From NCBI RefSeq assembly GCF_009914755.1, contig NC_060927.1: a stretch of 64,000 nt of DNA, one strand, 5' to 3'. Origin of the DNA: the human T2T-CHM13v2.0 reference genome, Homo sapiens. A model generated the notes under the pieces. It made no database searches and was not told the origin of the DNA. It worked only from the letters and a program-made list of their open reading frames with translations. Every line of letters begins with the position of its first letter. Position 1 is the first letter of the stretch. The position numbers and the translations under genes were made by a program. Below, piece by piece: positions 1 through 14,538 of this stretch.

Positions 1-383
1 GCTGAAGATTGTTCTCAGCTTATAGAAACCACTCATATTCCTGTGGCCCCTTTCTCAATCTTCAAAGCCAGCAATGGCAGCTTACATCCTCCTTATACTT
101 TGAATCTTTCTTACCTCCCTTTCTGCATCATCTTTTCTCTGCTACTTCCTCTTCTTCAGCATGTATCTGATTGACTCTTCTGCCTTCTTCTTCTACTCTC
201 AAGGGCTTATGTAATTACATTGGGTCCACTTAGCTAATTCAAAATAATCTCTTTAATTTAAGGTTAGTTTATTAGTAACCTTAAATTTATCTTCAGAGTC
301 TCTACACAGCAGTATCTGGACTAGTATTTGAATAATCAGGGGATGGGAATCTTAGGGCCCATCTTTAGAATTCTGCCTATCAT
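1..383 (-). mobile_element. MLT1-family (ERVL-MaLR) LTR fragment
   Basis: MLT1-like motifs cttcaaagccagcaatggc, gtaattacattgggtccac, ctgcctatcata terminus. Confidence 0.7.
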
Positions 384-384
384 A

Positions 385-2950
385 CCCTTTAAGAATAGGA
401 ACAAGACAAGGATATTCACCATGACCACTCTTATTCAACATTGTATTGGAGATTTGACCTATTGCAAGAGGCAAGAAAAAAATAAAAGTCTATAGATCAG
501 AAGTAAATACATAAATTGCTTTTATTCATAGATGACATGTTAATCTATGTTGTAAATCACAAGAAATCTATGAAGAGGGGGCTGGAATTAACAAGTAAGT
601 TTTCTGGAATTAATAAGTGAGTATAAGACAGCCAGTAGGAAAATCAATTATATTTCTATATGTTAGCAACAAACAATAAAACATTTGATTTTTTTAATAG
701 AAGGAACCACTTATAATAATAAATATTAATTGAAAGATTATGAACATAAACATGAAATAAAACTTACAGAAGGAAACATAAGGATATATCTTTGCACCAT
801 GGGAGAGGGCAAAGAATTTTTAGACAAGTCATAGAAAGGAATAACCATAAAAGAAGACATATGTTAAAATTAATCAAATATAAAACTTTTTTATCAAAAT
901 GAGTAGCCAAGCTATACTGGGAGAAAATAAGAAAGAAAATATATATAGCCACCAAGATAACTTTTCAATAGGTGAATGGATAAACCAACTATGGTATATC
1001 CATACAATGGAATCTTAGTCAGTGGTAAAAGATGATGTATCAAGCCATGAAAAATGTACAGATGAGCTTTAGATGCATAATGCTAAGTGAAAGAAGCCAG
1101 TCTGAAAAGGCTACATACTGCATAATTCTGATTATAAGACTTTTTGGAATAGGCAAAACTAAAGAGTTAGTAAAAGTCAGTTGTTAGCAAGAGTTTAGGG
1201 GGACGTAGGGAGAGTTCAATAGTTGAAGTTTAGTTTTAGTTTTAGTTGAATAGTGGAAAGTTTAATAGTTGACTAGTTAAAGTTTAGGTTTGTGAAACTA
1301 TCCTCTATGATACTGGCATGGTAGATACGTGGCATGCATTTGTCAAAACCCATACAACTTTACAACACTAGTGTGAAACTCAATGTATGCAATTTAAGAA
1401 AATCATTTAAGAGATTGGGGTATCCAAGAAGGAATGCATATATGACAAGAGAATCTGTATCACAAATATATAAAACAACCTCAGTAAAGGTGGTGGGGAA
1501 GGTGACAACCTAGATAACTATGGAAATGAGTGAAGTCTGTAAGACTAAATACGATAGGAACTGCATATAAGCACTGTACTCTAGTTGATAAAGATGTTTT
1601 CCATGAGGATATGGATTAACAATTCTAATACTACTATGTATCTATACTGGAATTGAACAATTAAGTAAATGGATGATGCAGGGTACGAGCCAGTTTTCTC
1701 ACTGCTGGAGTGAGAATCTACAGATAAGCTGGAAGAGGAGATTAGAATGATCTATGTGGTACTGTATAAGAGTTGGCGACATATGTATGAACTCATGTTT
1801 AGCTAAATAGATCTACAGATAGTTGCAAGCAGAAATATTTATAGATACATGTATTGCACAGGTTAGTACACACACACACATATATTCTTGCTCTGTCAGC
1901 TAAGACAGCTTAGAAGCAACAATATCCCAGTAGCAATGAGCAAACGTGGTCTCTAGATTCTAGTTTCTAATAACATTCTCTAATAAAAGGAATCAGGACT
2001 TGGAGAAATGGCTGATTCCAGAACTGGGGCAGGAAATACTCAAGATTAGCCAAGAACATCCTGTGGTAACAGAATGTAAGGAAGTGCTCAAAACAAACAA
2101 AAAACCAAATGACACACCTACCTTTATAAGGATACTTTATAAGAGCACAAAAGCAAACTAAAACAGCTTCCAATGGCCAAAGCTGGAACACTTTGAACAA
2201 CAAAATAAAGAGCTTGAGGTGCTTAATATCATTCATTATTAGAGAAACTCAAAAGTGAAATCACAATGAAAAAACACTATTGACTCACCAGATGATTAAA
2301 ATGAAAAGACTGAAAAGATAAAATGTTGATCAAGATACATTAATATTAATATAATTCATACATTGCTGGTGAGATTATAAAATGGTACAACCACTTGGAA
2401 AGGTTTGGCAGTTTCTTATACAATGCCAATTTTAGGTATTTACCCAAGAAAAATGAAATTATATATCTATAAATTATATGTGTATAAAAAGGCTTGTACA
2501 TGAATGTTTACAGCACCTTAACTCATAATAGCCAAAAACTGGAACTAATCCAAATGTCCATCAATATTTATCTTCATTGGATAAACAAACTGTATTGTAT
2601 TCATAAAATGGAGCACTACTCAGCAATAAAATGCAGCAAACTGACAGCCACAACATGAATGTGTGAAAGAACCCAAACAAAATAATTTATACTGTAATGT
2701 ACTTTATCTGATGTTCCAGAATAGGCAAAAGTATAGTGAAAAAAAAATCAGAAAAATTGTTTTCTCTGGGTGAGGGGGTGGTGTATGGTCTGGAAAGGGG
2801 CATGAGAGTACTCCCTTGGGTGATGGAAATATTCTGTATCTTGACAGGTGTGAATTACTTGAGTGTATACATTTATTAAAAGTCATCAGTTTGTAAAATA
2901 AAGATGTGCATTTCACTGTAGTATAGTAAATTTTACCTAAATAAAAAAAC
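385..2950 (+). mobile_element. Old L1M (L1MC/L1ME-like) ORF2 and 3' end fragments
   Basis: ggaacaagacaaggat...ttattcaacattgtattggag (ORF2-like); gaatggataaac...ccatacaatggaat 3' motifs. Confidence 0.7.
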
Positions 2951-3099
2951 TCAGGGAGAAAAAAGCTTAAAAACAAAGGTTTTATATTGGTAATTTTGAT
3001 AAATTGAACATTTATATTTATTTTATTTTAGATTCAGGGGGTACATATGCAGTTTTATAACATGGATATATTATGTAATAGTGAGGTTTGGGCTTCTAG

Positions 3100-3451
<352 letters not shown>

Positions 3452-4098
3452 TAATTTCTCAACCTTTACCCTCATCTCTCCCTGCCCGCTTTTGGAGTCC
3501 CCAGTGTCTATTATATTCATCTTTATATCCAGGTGTACCCATCATTTAGCTCCCACTTATAAGTGAGAACATATATTATTTGGTTTTCTGTTTTTGGGTT
3601 ATTTTATTTAGGAGGATGACCTCCAGCTCCATCCTCGACTGCAAAGGACATGATTTCATTCTTTTTTTATGGCTGCATAGTATTCCATGGTGTATATTTA
3701 CCACATTTTCTTTCTCTGCTCATCTGTGGATGGACACTTGGGTTGATTCATGACTTTGTTATTGTGAATAGTGCTGCAATAAACATGAGTGCAAGTGTCA
3801 TTTTTATATAATGATTTTTTTTCCCTTTGAGTAGATACCCAGTAGTCAGTAGTAGGATTCCTGGGTTGAATGGTGGTTCTACTTTAGTTAGTCAGTAGTA
3901 GGATTCCTGGGTTGAATGGTGGTTCTACTTTAGTTATTTGGGGAATCTCCATACTGTTTTCTATAGAGGTTGTACTAATTTACCCTTGAACCAGTAATGT
4001 ATGTGTTCCCTTTTCTCCACATTCATACCAACATTGTTATTTTTTGACTTTTTAATAATAGTCATTTTGACTTGTGTGAGATAGCATCTCATTGTGGG

Positions 4099-4677
4099 TC
4101 ATATTAGTCATGGTTCTCTAGAGGGATAGAACTAACAGGATATATATATATTTATTTATAAATATATATATATCCTGTTATATATCCCATATATATATAT
4201 ATATCCTGTTACATATCCCATATATATATATATCCTGTTATATATCCCATATATATCCCATATATATATCCTGTTATATATCCCATATATATACATGGGA
4301 GTTTATGAAGGAGTATTAACTAACACAAGGTCCTAAAATAGGTCATCTGCAAGCTGAGGAGCAAGGAAGCCAGTCTGAGTCTCAAAGCAAAAGAACTTGG
4401 AGTCTGATGTTCGAGGGAAGGAAGCATCAGCACGGGAGAAAGATGTAGTCTGGGAGGCTAAGCCAGACTGGTCTTTTCACGTTCTTTTGTCTGCTTCTAT
4501 TCTGGCTGCACTGGCAGTTGATTAGATTTTGCCCACCCAGATTAAGGGTTGGTCTGCCTTTCCTAGTTCACTGACTCAAATGTTAATCTTCTTTGGCAAC
4601 ACCCTCACAGACACACCCGGGAACAATACTTTGCATCCTTCAATCCAATCAAGTTGACACTCATTATTAACCATTAC
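4099..4677 (-). mobile_element. MLT2A-like (ERVL) solo LTR with internal TA-rich minisatellite (~4139-4295)
   Basis: ccttcaatccaatcaagttgacactca terminus; GTGGG duplicated at 4094-4098 and 4678-4682; host L1 sequence resumes afterwards. Confidence 0.85.
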
Positions 4678-7135
4678 GTGGGTTTAACTTGCATTTTTCT
4701 GCTTAGTGACGTTGAGCATTTTTTCATGTTTCTTCGCCACTTATGCATCTTCCTTTGAGAAATATCTGTTCATGTCCTTTACCCACTTTTTAATGGGATT
4801 GTGTTTTTCTTGTTGATATGGTTGAGTTCCTTGACGATTCTCAATATTAGTCCTTTGATACATGCACAGTTTGGAAATATTTTCTCCCACTCTATAGGTT
4901 GTCTGTTGACTCTGTTGATTATTGTTTTTACTCTGCAGAAGCTTTTTAATTTAATATAGTCCCATTTGTCTATTTTTGTTTTTGTTGCATTTGCTTTTTG
5001 ATGTTGTAGTTATAAATTATTTGCCTAGGCCAATGACCTGAGGAGTGTTTACAGGGTTTCTTCTAGGATTTTTATAGTTTAGGGTCTTACATTTAAGTCT
5101 TTATTTAATCTTGAGTTAATTTTTAGTGTATGATGAGAAATACAAGTCCAGTTTCATTCTTCTGCATATGGCTTGTCAATTTTTCCAGCATCATTTCTTG
5201 AATAGGATGTTTTTTTCCCAACTGTGTGTTTTATCAAAGATCAATTGGTTGTAGGTATGTGGATTTATTTCTGGGCTCTGTATTCTGTTCCATGGATCTA
5301 TATGGTTTTTATACCAGTACTATGCTGTTTTGCTTACTATAACCTTGTAGTATAATTTGAAGTCAGGTAATGTGATACCTCCAGCTTTGTTCTTTTTGCT
5401 TAGGATTGCTTTAGCTATTTATACTTTTTTTGGTTCCATATGAATTTAGGATTTTTTTTTTCTAATGCTGTTAAAAATGACATTGGTAACTTGATAGGAA
5501 TTGCATTGATTCTATATATTGCTTTGGGCAGTATGGTCATTTTAACAATATTGATTCTTCCAATCCATGAGCATGAGATATTTTTCCATTTGTTTATGTC
5601 ATTTATAATTTATTTCATCAGTGTTTTGTATTTCTCCTTGTAGAGATCTCTCCCTCCTTGGTTAAATGATTAAATGTATTCCTAGGTCCTCTGTGTATGT
5701 GTATGTATGCATTGTAAATGGAATTGAGTTTTTTATTTCATTCTCAGATTGAACGTTTTTGGTACATAGAAATGCTCCTGATTTTTGTATGTTGGTTTTG
5801 TGTCCTGAAACTTCTTTTTTTTCAAGTCTAGGAGTCTCTTGGAGGAGTCTTTAGAGTTTTCTAGGTATAAGATCATGTCATCAGTGAATAGAGATAATTT
5901 GATTTCTTCTTTTTCAAGTTGGATGCACTTTATTTCTTTCTCTTGCCTAATTGCTCTGGCTAGGACTTCCAGTACTATGTTGAATAGAAGTGGTGGGGAT
6001 GCACACCCTTTTCTTATTCCAGTTCTTAGGAGGAATGCTTTGAACTCTTCCCCATTCAGTATGATGTTGATGGTGGGTTTGTCCTACATAGCCTTTATTA
6101 TTTTGAGGTATGTTCCTTCAGTGCCTAGATTGTCGAGGGTTTTAATCATGAAGGAATGTTGGATATTATTGAATACCTTCTTTGCATCTATTGAGATAAT
6201 CATATAGTTTTTGTTTTTAATTCTGTTTATGTTATGAATCACACTTATTGATTTGTGTATGTTTAAGCAGCCTTGCATCCCTAGAATAAAATCCTTGCAT
6301 CCCACTTAATCATGATGTATTATATTTTTGATGTGCTGTTGGATTCAGTTTGCTAGTATTCTGTTGAGGATTTTTGCATCTATTATTCATCAGGGATATT
6401 GACCTTAGTTTTCTTTTATTGTGTTCTTGCCTGATTTTGGTATGAGGGTGATACTGGCTTCATAAAATGAGTTAGGGAGGAATCCTTCCTTCTTGATTTT
6501 TTGGAATAATTTCAGTAAGATTGATACCAGACTTCTTTGTACATCTGGTAAAATTTGGCTGTGAATCCATGTGGTCCTGGGCTTTTTTGTTGGAATAATT
6601 TTTATTACAGCATCAATTTGATTACTCATTATTGGTCTGTTCAGGGTTTCTATTTTCTTCTGGTTTAATCTTGGGAAGTTTTATGTTCCAGGGATTTATG
6701 CATTTCCTCTAGGTTTTCTAGTTTATACTTTTAGAAATGAGAGAGGTAGGGCCTTTTTCTGGATTAGCCTTTGTCTTAAAGGGAATTTTGTGGGTTGTTT
6801 GATCTTCTATCTAGACCACTAAAAATTTCCCCATATCCACAAGGAGGCTGATTTGCTTTCTTACCATTCATGTGTTCACTGGAGTGGCACTTTTAATTTC
6901 CTTCAAGAACTTTTCCTTTGCATTCACAACTTGACTACCTGTTTGATGCAGGAGGACTAGCTTTTGACTTGTCTCAGCTTTTGGCATGCCTTCATCACTA
7001 AATTTAGTTATTTCTAGCTTTCGAGTTAAAGTGAGATATGTGTGACTTCCTTTCACTTGAAAACTGAGTAGTCATGGTAGGGTTATTAATTGGCCTAATT
7101 TAAATACTGTTTTTCAGGAATAGGGAGGGCTAAGG

Positions 7136-7300
7136 AAAGAGGGAGACAGAGAGAGAGAGAGGAGAGAGGAGGGAGGGAAGAGGGGAGGTGAGGGGGGAGA
7201 GAGGGGAGAGGAGAGAGGGAGGGAAACAGAGAGAGAGAGGAGAGAGGAGGGAGGGGAGAGGGGAGGTGAGAGGGGGAGAGAGGAGAGAGGGAGGGAGGAA
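7136..7300. repeat. GA-rich polypurine expansion inside Tigger1
   Basis: (GAGAGGAGAGAGGGAGG)-type degenerate repeat. Confidence 0.9.
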
Positions 7301-7403
7301 CAGCCAGTTGATGGGGCAGTCAGGTAAACACAGTCGTTATCGATTAAGTTTGCTGTTTTATATGGGGGCAGTTTGTCATGCCTCAAAACAATTACCATAG
7401 TAG

Positions 7404-9134
<1,731 letters not shown>

Positions 9135-9175
9135 GTAGCATTAAAAATCACTGATCATAGATCACCATAATAGAT

Positions 9176-9600
9176 TGTCTGAGTCTGTTTTCTGTTGCTT
9201 ATAACAGAATACCTGAAACTGGGTAATTTATAAGGAGAAAGAATTTATTTCTGACACTTATGGAGGCTGAGAAATCCAACATCGAGAAGACTTATCTGGT
9301 GAGGGTCTTCTTTCTGGTAGGGACTCTACAGAGTCCCAAGGTGGTACAGAGCATTACATGGCGAGGAGGCTAGGTGTTCTAGCTCAGGTGTTTTTTCCTC
9401 TTCCTATAAAGTCTTCAGTTCCAGTATTGTAATAATCAGTGAATCCAGTAACCCATTAATTCATGAATGGATTAATCTACTTATAAGAGCAGAACCCTCA
9501 TGACCTAATCACCTCTAAAAGGTCCAGCTCTCAATACTGCCACAATGGGGATTATGTTTCAACATGAGTTGTAGAGGTGACAAACATTCAAACTGTAGCA
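9176..9600 (-). mobile_element. MST/MLT1A-type MaLR solo LTR
   Basis: TG...CA ends; 5-bp TSD TAGAT/CAGAT; motifs actgggtaatttataa, ccctcatgacctaatcacctc. Confidence 0.85.
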
Positions 9601-9891
9601 CAGATATAATAATAAAAAAATTGGAAATATTGTGAGAATTACCAAAATGTGACATAGAAGCATAAAGTGAGCACATACTGCTGGAAGAATGCCACTGATA
9701 GACTTGCTCAACTAAGCGTTGTCACAAACCTTTAATTTGTAAAAGAAAAATCAATATCTGCAAAGCACAATAAAGCAAAGGACAACAAAACCAGGTATGT
9801 GTGTGTATTTTAAAAGAACATTGGATTCAATTTGCTGAAACTTTTGTTTATAATTTTTGTGTTTGTGTTCATGAGGGATATTGGTTTATAG

Positions 9892-10081
9892 CAAGCTTGT
9901 TTAATCCATGGCCCACGGGCTGCATGCAGCCCAGAACAGCTTTGAATGAAGCCCAAGGCAAATTTGTAAACTTTCTTAAAACATGAGATTTTTTGCAGTT
10001 TTTGTTGTTGTTTTTCACTCATCAGCTATCGTTAGTGTATTTTATGAGTGGCCCAGGGAAGCCAAAAGATTGACACCGCTG
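9892..10081. mobile_element. MER30 (hAT-Charlie) MITE
   Basis: ggcccacgggctgcatgcagccc...ggcccagggaagccaaaagattg; 8-bp TSD GTYTATAG at 9884-9891 and 10082-10089. Confidence 0.85.
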
Positions 10082-10433
10082 GTCTATAGTTTGCTTATAA
10101 TAGCTTTATCTGGTTTGATGTCAGGGTAATGCTAGCTTCATAGAATGAATTGGGAAGTATTACTTCCTTTTCAATTTTTTGAAAGAGTTTGTGCAGAATA
10201 GATATTATTTCTTCCTTAAATGCATGGTAGAATTCACCGGTGAAGTCATTTGAGCCTTGAATTTTCTTTTAGGGAAGGTTTTAAACTATATTATTGATTT
10301 TTAAAATAGATAATAAGGGTAATTCAAGTTTTAAACTTCTTCTTGCATGAGTTTTGGTAATTTGCCTTCCAACTAATTTGGAAATTGTTGGATTTATTGG
10401 CATAAACTTGTTCATAATCTTTCATATTATTCT

Positions 10434-10972
10434 ATTTTTTAAAACTTTCTTTTTAATAGAGACTTGCATTGGTCAGTTCAAAAATTAAATTAAGTATTAT
10501 AAACCCTTAATAATAGCATTTTGAGAGGCAAGAGCAGCTCCAGCTTGGAAGAGAACATTTGCAAATCGGAACGGCCACGGCTTAATGCCATCACTGGTGT
10601 GTGCGTGCATTCATGCTGGAGGCTGCTACATAAAGGAAAAGAAAGGAACCAACAGAATTCAGGGTATCTAAAGTTTCGTCTAGTGCACTGACTGGAGGTG
10701 CTACAGTTTAATACAGCTGAGGTTCAAGGTCCCTCACACATCCTTCATCCAGGAAGGATGCACCACACATTCAAATATAATCCCGTGGTACGCCCTGATG
10801 GACTGGCCACAAAATGCACTCAAATACAGTAGAGAATTATGAGATTGTCAGCAAGCAGTGCTCCAGAAATTGTTTTTAAGTCATGTCTAGTTTTAAATCT
10901 TTGGAATAAAACTGATTTTTTTAAATATCCTCCAACTAACATACATTTAATTGCCTCTGGCAAATGGACAGA

Positions 10973-11006
<34 letters not shown>

Positions 11007-14000
11007 GGGTGTTTGTGTGTGTGTTAAGAGTGTTTTTTCTTTTTTTGTTGTTTTGTATTTTTTGTTTGTTTGTTTGTTTTTGGTCTAAATAGAAAAAAGG
11101 AAAACGAGGAAGAAAATTGTTGAGGCCAGACCTCGAAATGCCCCAAGTGTCCAATTGGCAGCTACAGCATTTGTGAGGAGGTTCCTTTGCCCTCAGACGA
11201 GTAGTTTCAACATTTCAGTGAAAACAAAGGCTGCAGAAAGCTGAAAACCCAGATCTTGAAGGTTGCTGTCATATATGTGTTTGTGTTTCTTATATTATTA
11301 TTTCGTTTTGACTTCAGTTTTGCATCCCAAATATGTATGGGGTGGCATTTTAACAGTCAATGAGTCAAACAGTCAAAGGAGGACAGGAGGGGAGCCAGCT
11401 GGTAGGAGGGAGCAGCAACTGTGTGTGGACCAAGCGCCATTTTTATTTTACATGACGTGTCTTGAAGGGATGGTCCCAGAATATATAAAATATACAATCT
11501 GTCCTAATAACCACCTTACTTGCTTGCATAGGCCATTTGATGGTCCTAAAGGCAGTCTTTGGAGTTGAGGCCAGTACCAGTTAGCTAGGAATGCGGGTAG
11601 ATAAGAGACCAGTATTGGATGTGTGTGTGTGGTATGAAACGTAAGGACTGTAGCCTCTTTTGGAGTCAGCTTGCAGAGTAAATGTGGGGCCTCTGTTAAT
11701 CCTGAGGATTCTAGGTCACAAGTCATGGTAGGCCTAGCAAAAAAAGAAAAAAAAAAAAAAAAGAAAGAAACGTGTCTCTCCTTTTAGAAAGCCCATGAGA
11801 GAAACACCTCAACCTTTTTCTTGAATGTCAACCCTTCACTCTCACAATGGCATTTTAAATTGTGTGTTGTAACAAATGGAGGAATAGGAGCTCAGTGGGC
11901 ATGAGAGAGAAGATAGGATGATGTTTTGTGAAGCCACTAGACTTGGGAGGCATCCTCAGTTTTCCCCACTCCTGGAAAGAGTGATATTTTTGGCTTTTTG
12001 TCACATCATAAACCAGAGTTAAATACACAGCTGCCCTCTGAGACTAGCGACATCTATGCTTTAACTGGTGATGGGGTAGCAATGACACCCAGCATAACAG
12101 TTGATCGCTGTGAGCTGAGGTCATTATGCCTCAAGGAGGATGAGAGAACTGTGATTGTCTATTTCGAGAGCTGAACATCCAGGTACCGACAGAGTCCTGG
12201 AGAGGTTTAGTCCGTGGAGAAAAGATAAAACACTTAAGCTTCAAAATAAGCTTTTCAAGTTTTCATTGGCAAAAATGGAGAGATTAAAAAGAAAAAATCT
12301 AGCACTGGCAGTAAGGTGAGGCTCAAGGGATATACTGTGATTTATCATCAAGGACTTTATTCTCTTCACCACTTTGCAGTCATGCTAGAAGTTTCCAGAA
12401 CCCCTAGGGCATATGGTGTGCAAGAGTCAAAAAGTAAGAGAAGAAAACTCCTCCTTTGAGAGTGAAGTCTACAGAAATGCAGGCCAGAAGGGTGTAAGGT
12501 GTTATTCCAGAGTCTGCTGCCGCTAAAGCCTTTGGGATTGACGCGAAAGATCTCAGTAGTACTAAGAAGAACCAAAACCACTCAACAGTTCTGTGAGGGA
12601 GTCTGAACCATGGAATAGTAGGACTTTTCACACACAAAGGACAAATAAATCAAGAGTTAATTTTGGCTACCAAACTGCAATTTGGTTTTCTAGGTCATTT
12701 TCCCCCAACTATTTAAAAACAAACTTTAGTGCTACACATATACAACTTTAAGATGCTGAATTCTCCTATCAAGTTGCACTGAGAAGCAAGTGAAATAAGC
12801 CCCTCAGACTGCCGTTCACCTGCAGAGACGTCACATTCATTTACTTTGATTTCCATTGGCAACAGCGGGAAATAATTCAAATAGTGCTGAAGTAAGCAGC
12901 CAGTCTGCCTTGCTGAGTTCACCTGGTTTCCTTCTTCATCATCTTCCATCTAGCTAGGGCAAGGCATAAAGAATAGACATATATGTTTTAAATACAGTTG
13001 AGTGCATGACAGTGTGTATGTGTGTGGGTCTGTATGTGAGTGTGTGTATGTGTGTATAGAGGTTTATAGGTGAGAACTTTCTTCTGAGAGGCAGTGGTTC
13101 TCCACCTGAAGACCAGCCCCCTGCCTCATGGTATTTCCTTAAGACACTGGCTGATGCCACCGCAACTCTGGCCTTTCTGTTTTTTAGATATGTTTCTTCA
13201 TAGGGAGGGCAAGATGGTCAGACCTAGAAAAACACCTGTTGCAGTGGTTGCATTTGAAGAGGTTTGCACCTGTGTGTTTCCCGTAGTGCCTCGTGAGCTC
13301 ATCGCTTCATGCAAAACTCCACTAGCATCCCTCCCATGAGTACCTGTAAGGCTTCTCACCTGTGTGAGTCTCCTGATGGGCCTTTAAGGGGGAGCTTTTT
13401 GTATAAACTTCCTGGCACCCGTTAAACTGACAGCAGTGAACCCTCTTCTTGTTTTCAGGACATGCTTCAGCCCCTAGCCCTCCTTGGTCACTGTCGCTCT
13501 GTCCACTCTTAACGGCCCTGGCACCATCACAGCTGCTGAAGCTGTTGTGACCCCTCCCACCTTTACGGAGATGAGAGCAGCCTTCTTGGCCACGAGTTTC
13601 AACGTCACCGTGCCATCCACGGCAGAGAGAGTTTGTGAGGTTTTGACCAGATGGTGGCTGAGCTCAGGGGACAGTGGGGGCATTAATGAGGTCATTGTGT
13701 TGAGCTGGACCTGGTTGACAGCTGTGTAGCTGTCTAGAGAAGAGTTGGCGGCTGGAGGCTGAGGCAGGTCTCAGATAGCAACTTGCCCCGAGAGAGCAAG
13801 ACTGCTGAGCTCTTCTGACAGATGGCCGCTTCCACGGGGAGCAGCAGGAGGTCTAAGCTACGGAAGCTTTCCTCAATGCACCGGGGAGGAGAAGGGTGGA
13901 GCAAACAGGCCAAGTCCTCACCAAAGGTCTCCGAGATCCTTCTGGGCTCCGTCTGTAGGTAGCGTTCCAATTCAAGGCCTGTCTCCTCTGGAATATTCCC

Positions 14001-14538
14001 TCTTCTCTCAGTCTCTATTCTCCTTAGGGGACCCTTTCTTTTATCCCGTGTTTCCCTCGGGGGTCTCCACTCCCACAAGTAAATATCTTCCAGGATATCC
14101 TGGAAGGAAGGCTTCTGGACTTCCTTTTTTCCACTTATTCCTGCTGCCAGGTCTCCAGGGATGGCAAAGCTGAGAAGTAGCCGGTGTCGTGGACAAGTTG
14201 TAGCTCCTGGAATATACTACAACTAGCCAACACGTCCCTGCTGCTGCTGCCGAGCAAAACCGGAGGCGAAACCCTCCCCCGAACACAATTGGGGCTGTTT
14301 GTTAGTGTCTGGCTGACCCCCAAAGAAGGCAGACATCCAGTGGCCCTTTTGTTTTGTTTCAGTCAAACGAAGCTGCCATCTATTTCTGCAGCGCTGTTCG
14401 CTCCTAATGCAATCTTTGCCTTTTGTTTTGGGAGTTTGTATTTCTCTTGCGATCGCTTCTCTCCCCCACTTCCCTTCCCTCCCCTCCTCACCCCCACCCC
14501 ATCCTTTCTAGTTTGTAGTCTTGCCCTTCCTTTTCTCC
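10434..14538 (-). pseudogene. KLF7P1: Processed (retroposed) KLF7 pseudogene: ~300 nt 5'UTR, disabled CDS 14239-13184, ~2.7 kb 3'UTR-derived sequence
   Basis: [68 protein letters not shown] and three C2H2 fingers ending [12 protein letters not shown]. No introns in the zinc-finger region. ATG->AGG (14237-14239), at least 2 frameshifts, 2 stops in finger 2. TSD CATATTATTCT at 10423-10433 and 14539-14549. Symbol recalled from locus knowledge. Confidence 0.95.

Noticed and set aside
6868-7056. TIGD1 gene
   Set aside because: Only a degraded Tigger1 transposase N-terminal fragment with its transposon end, not a domesticated gene.
13184-14239. Functional KLF7-like retrogene
   Set aside because: Start codon lost, stop in the insert, at least 2 frameshifts, 2 stops and a lost Cys in finger 2, His->Pro in finger 3.
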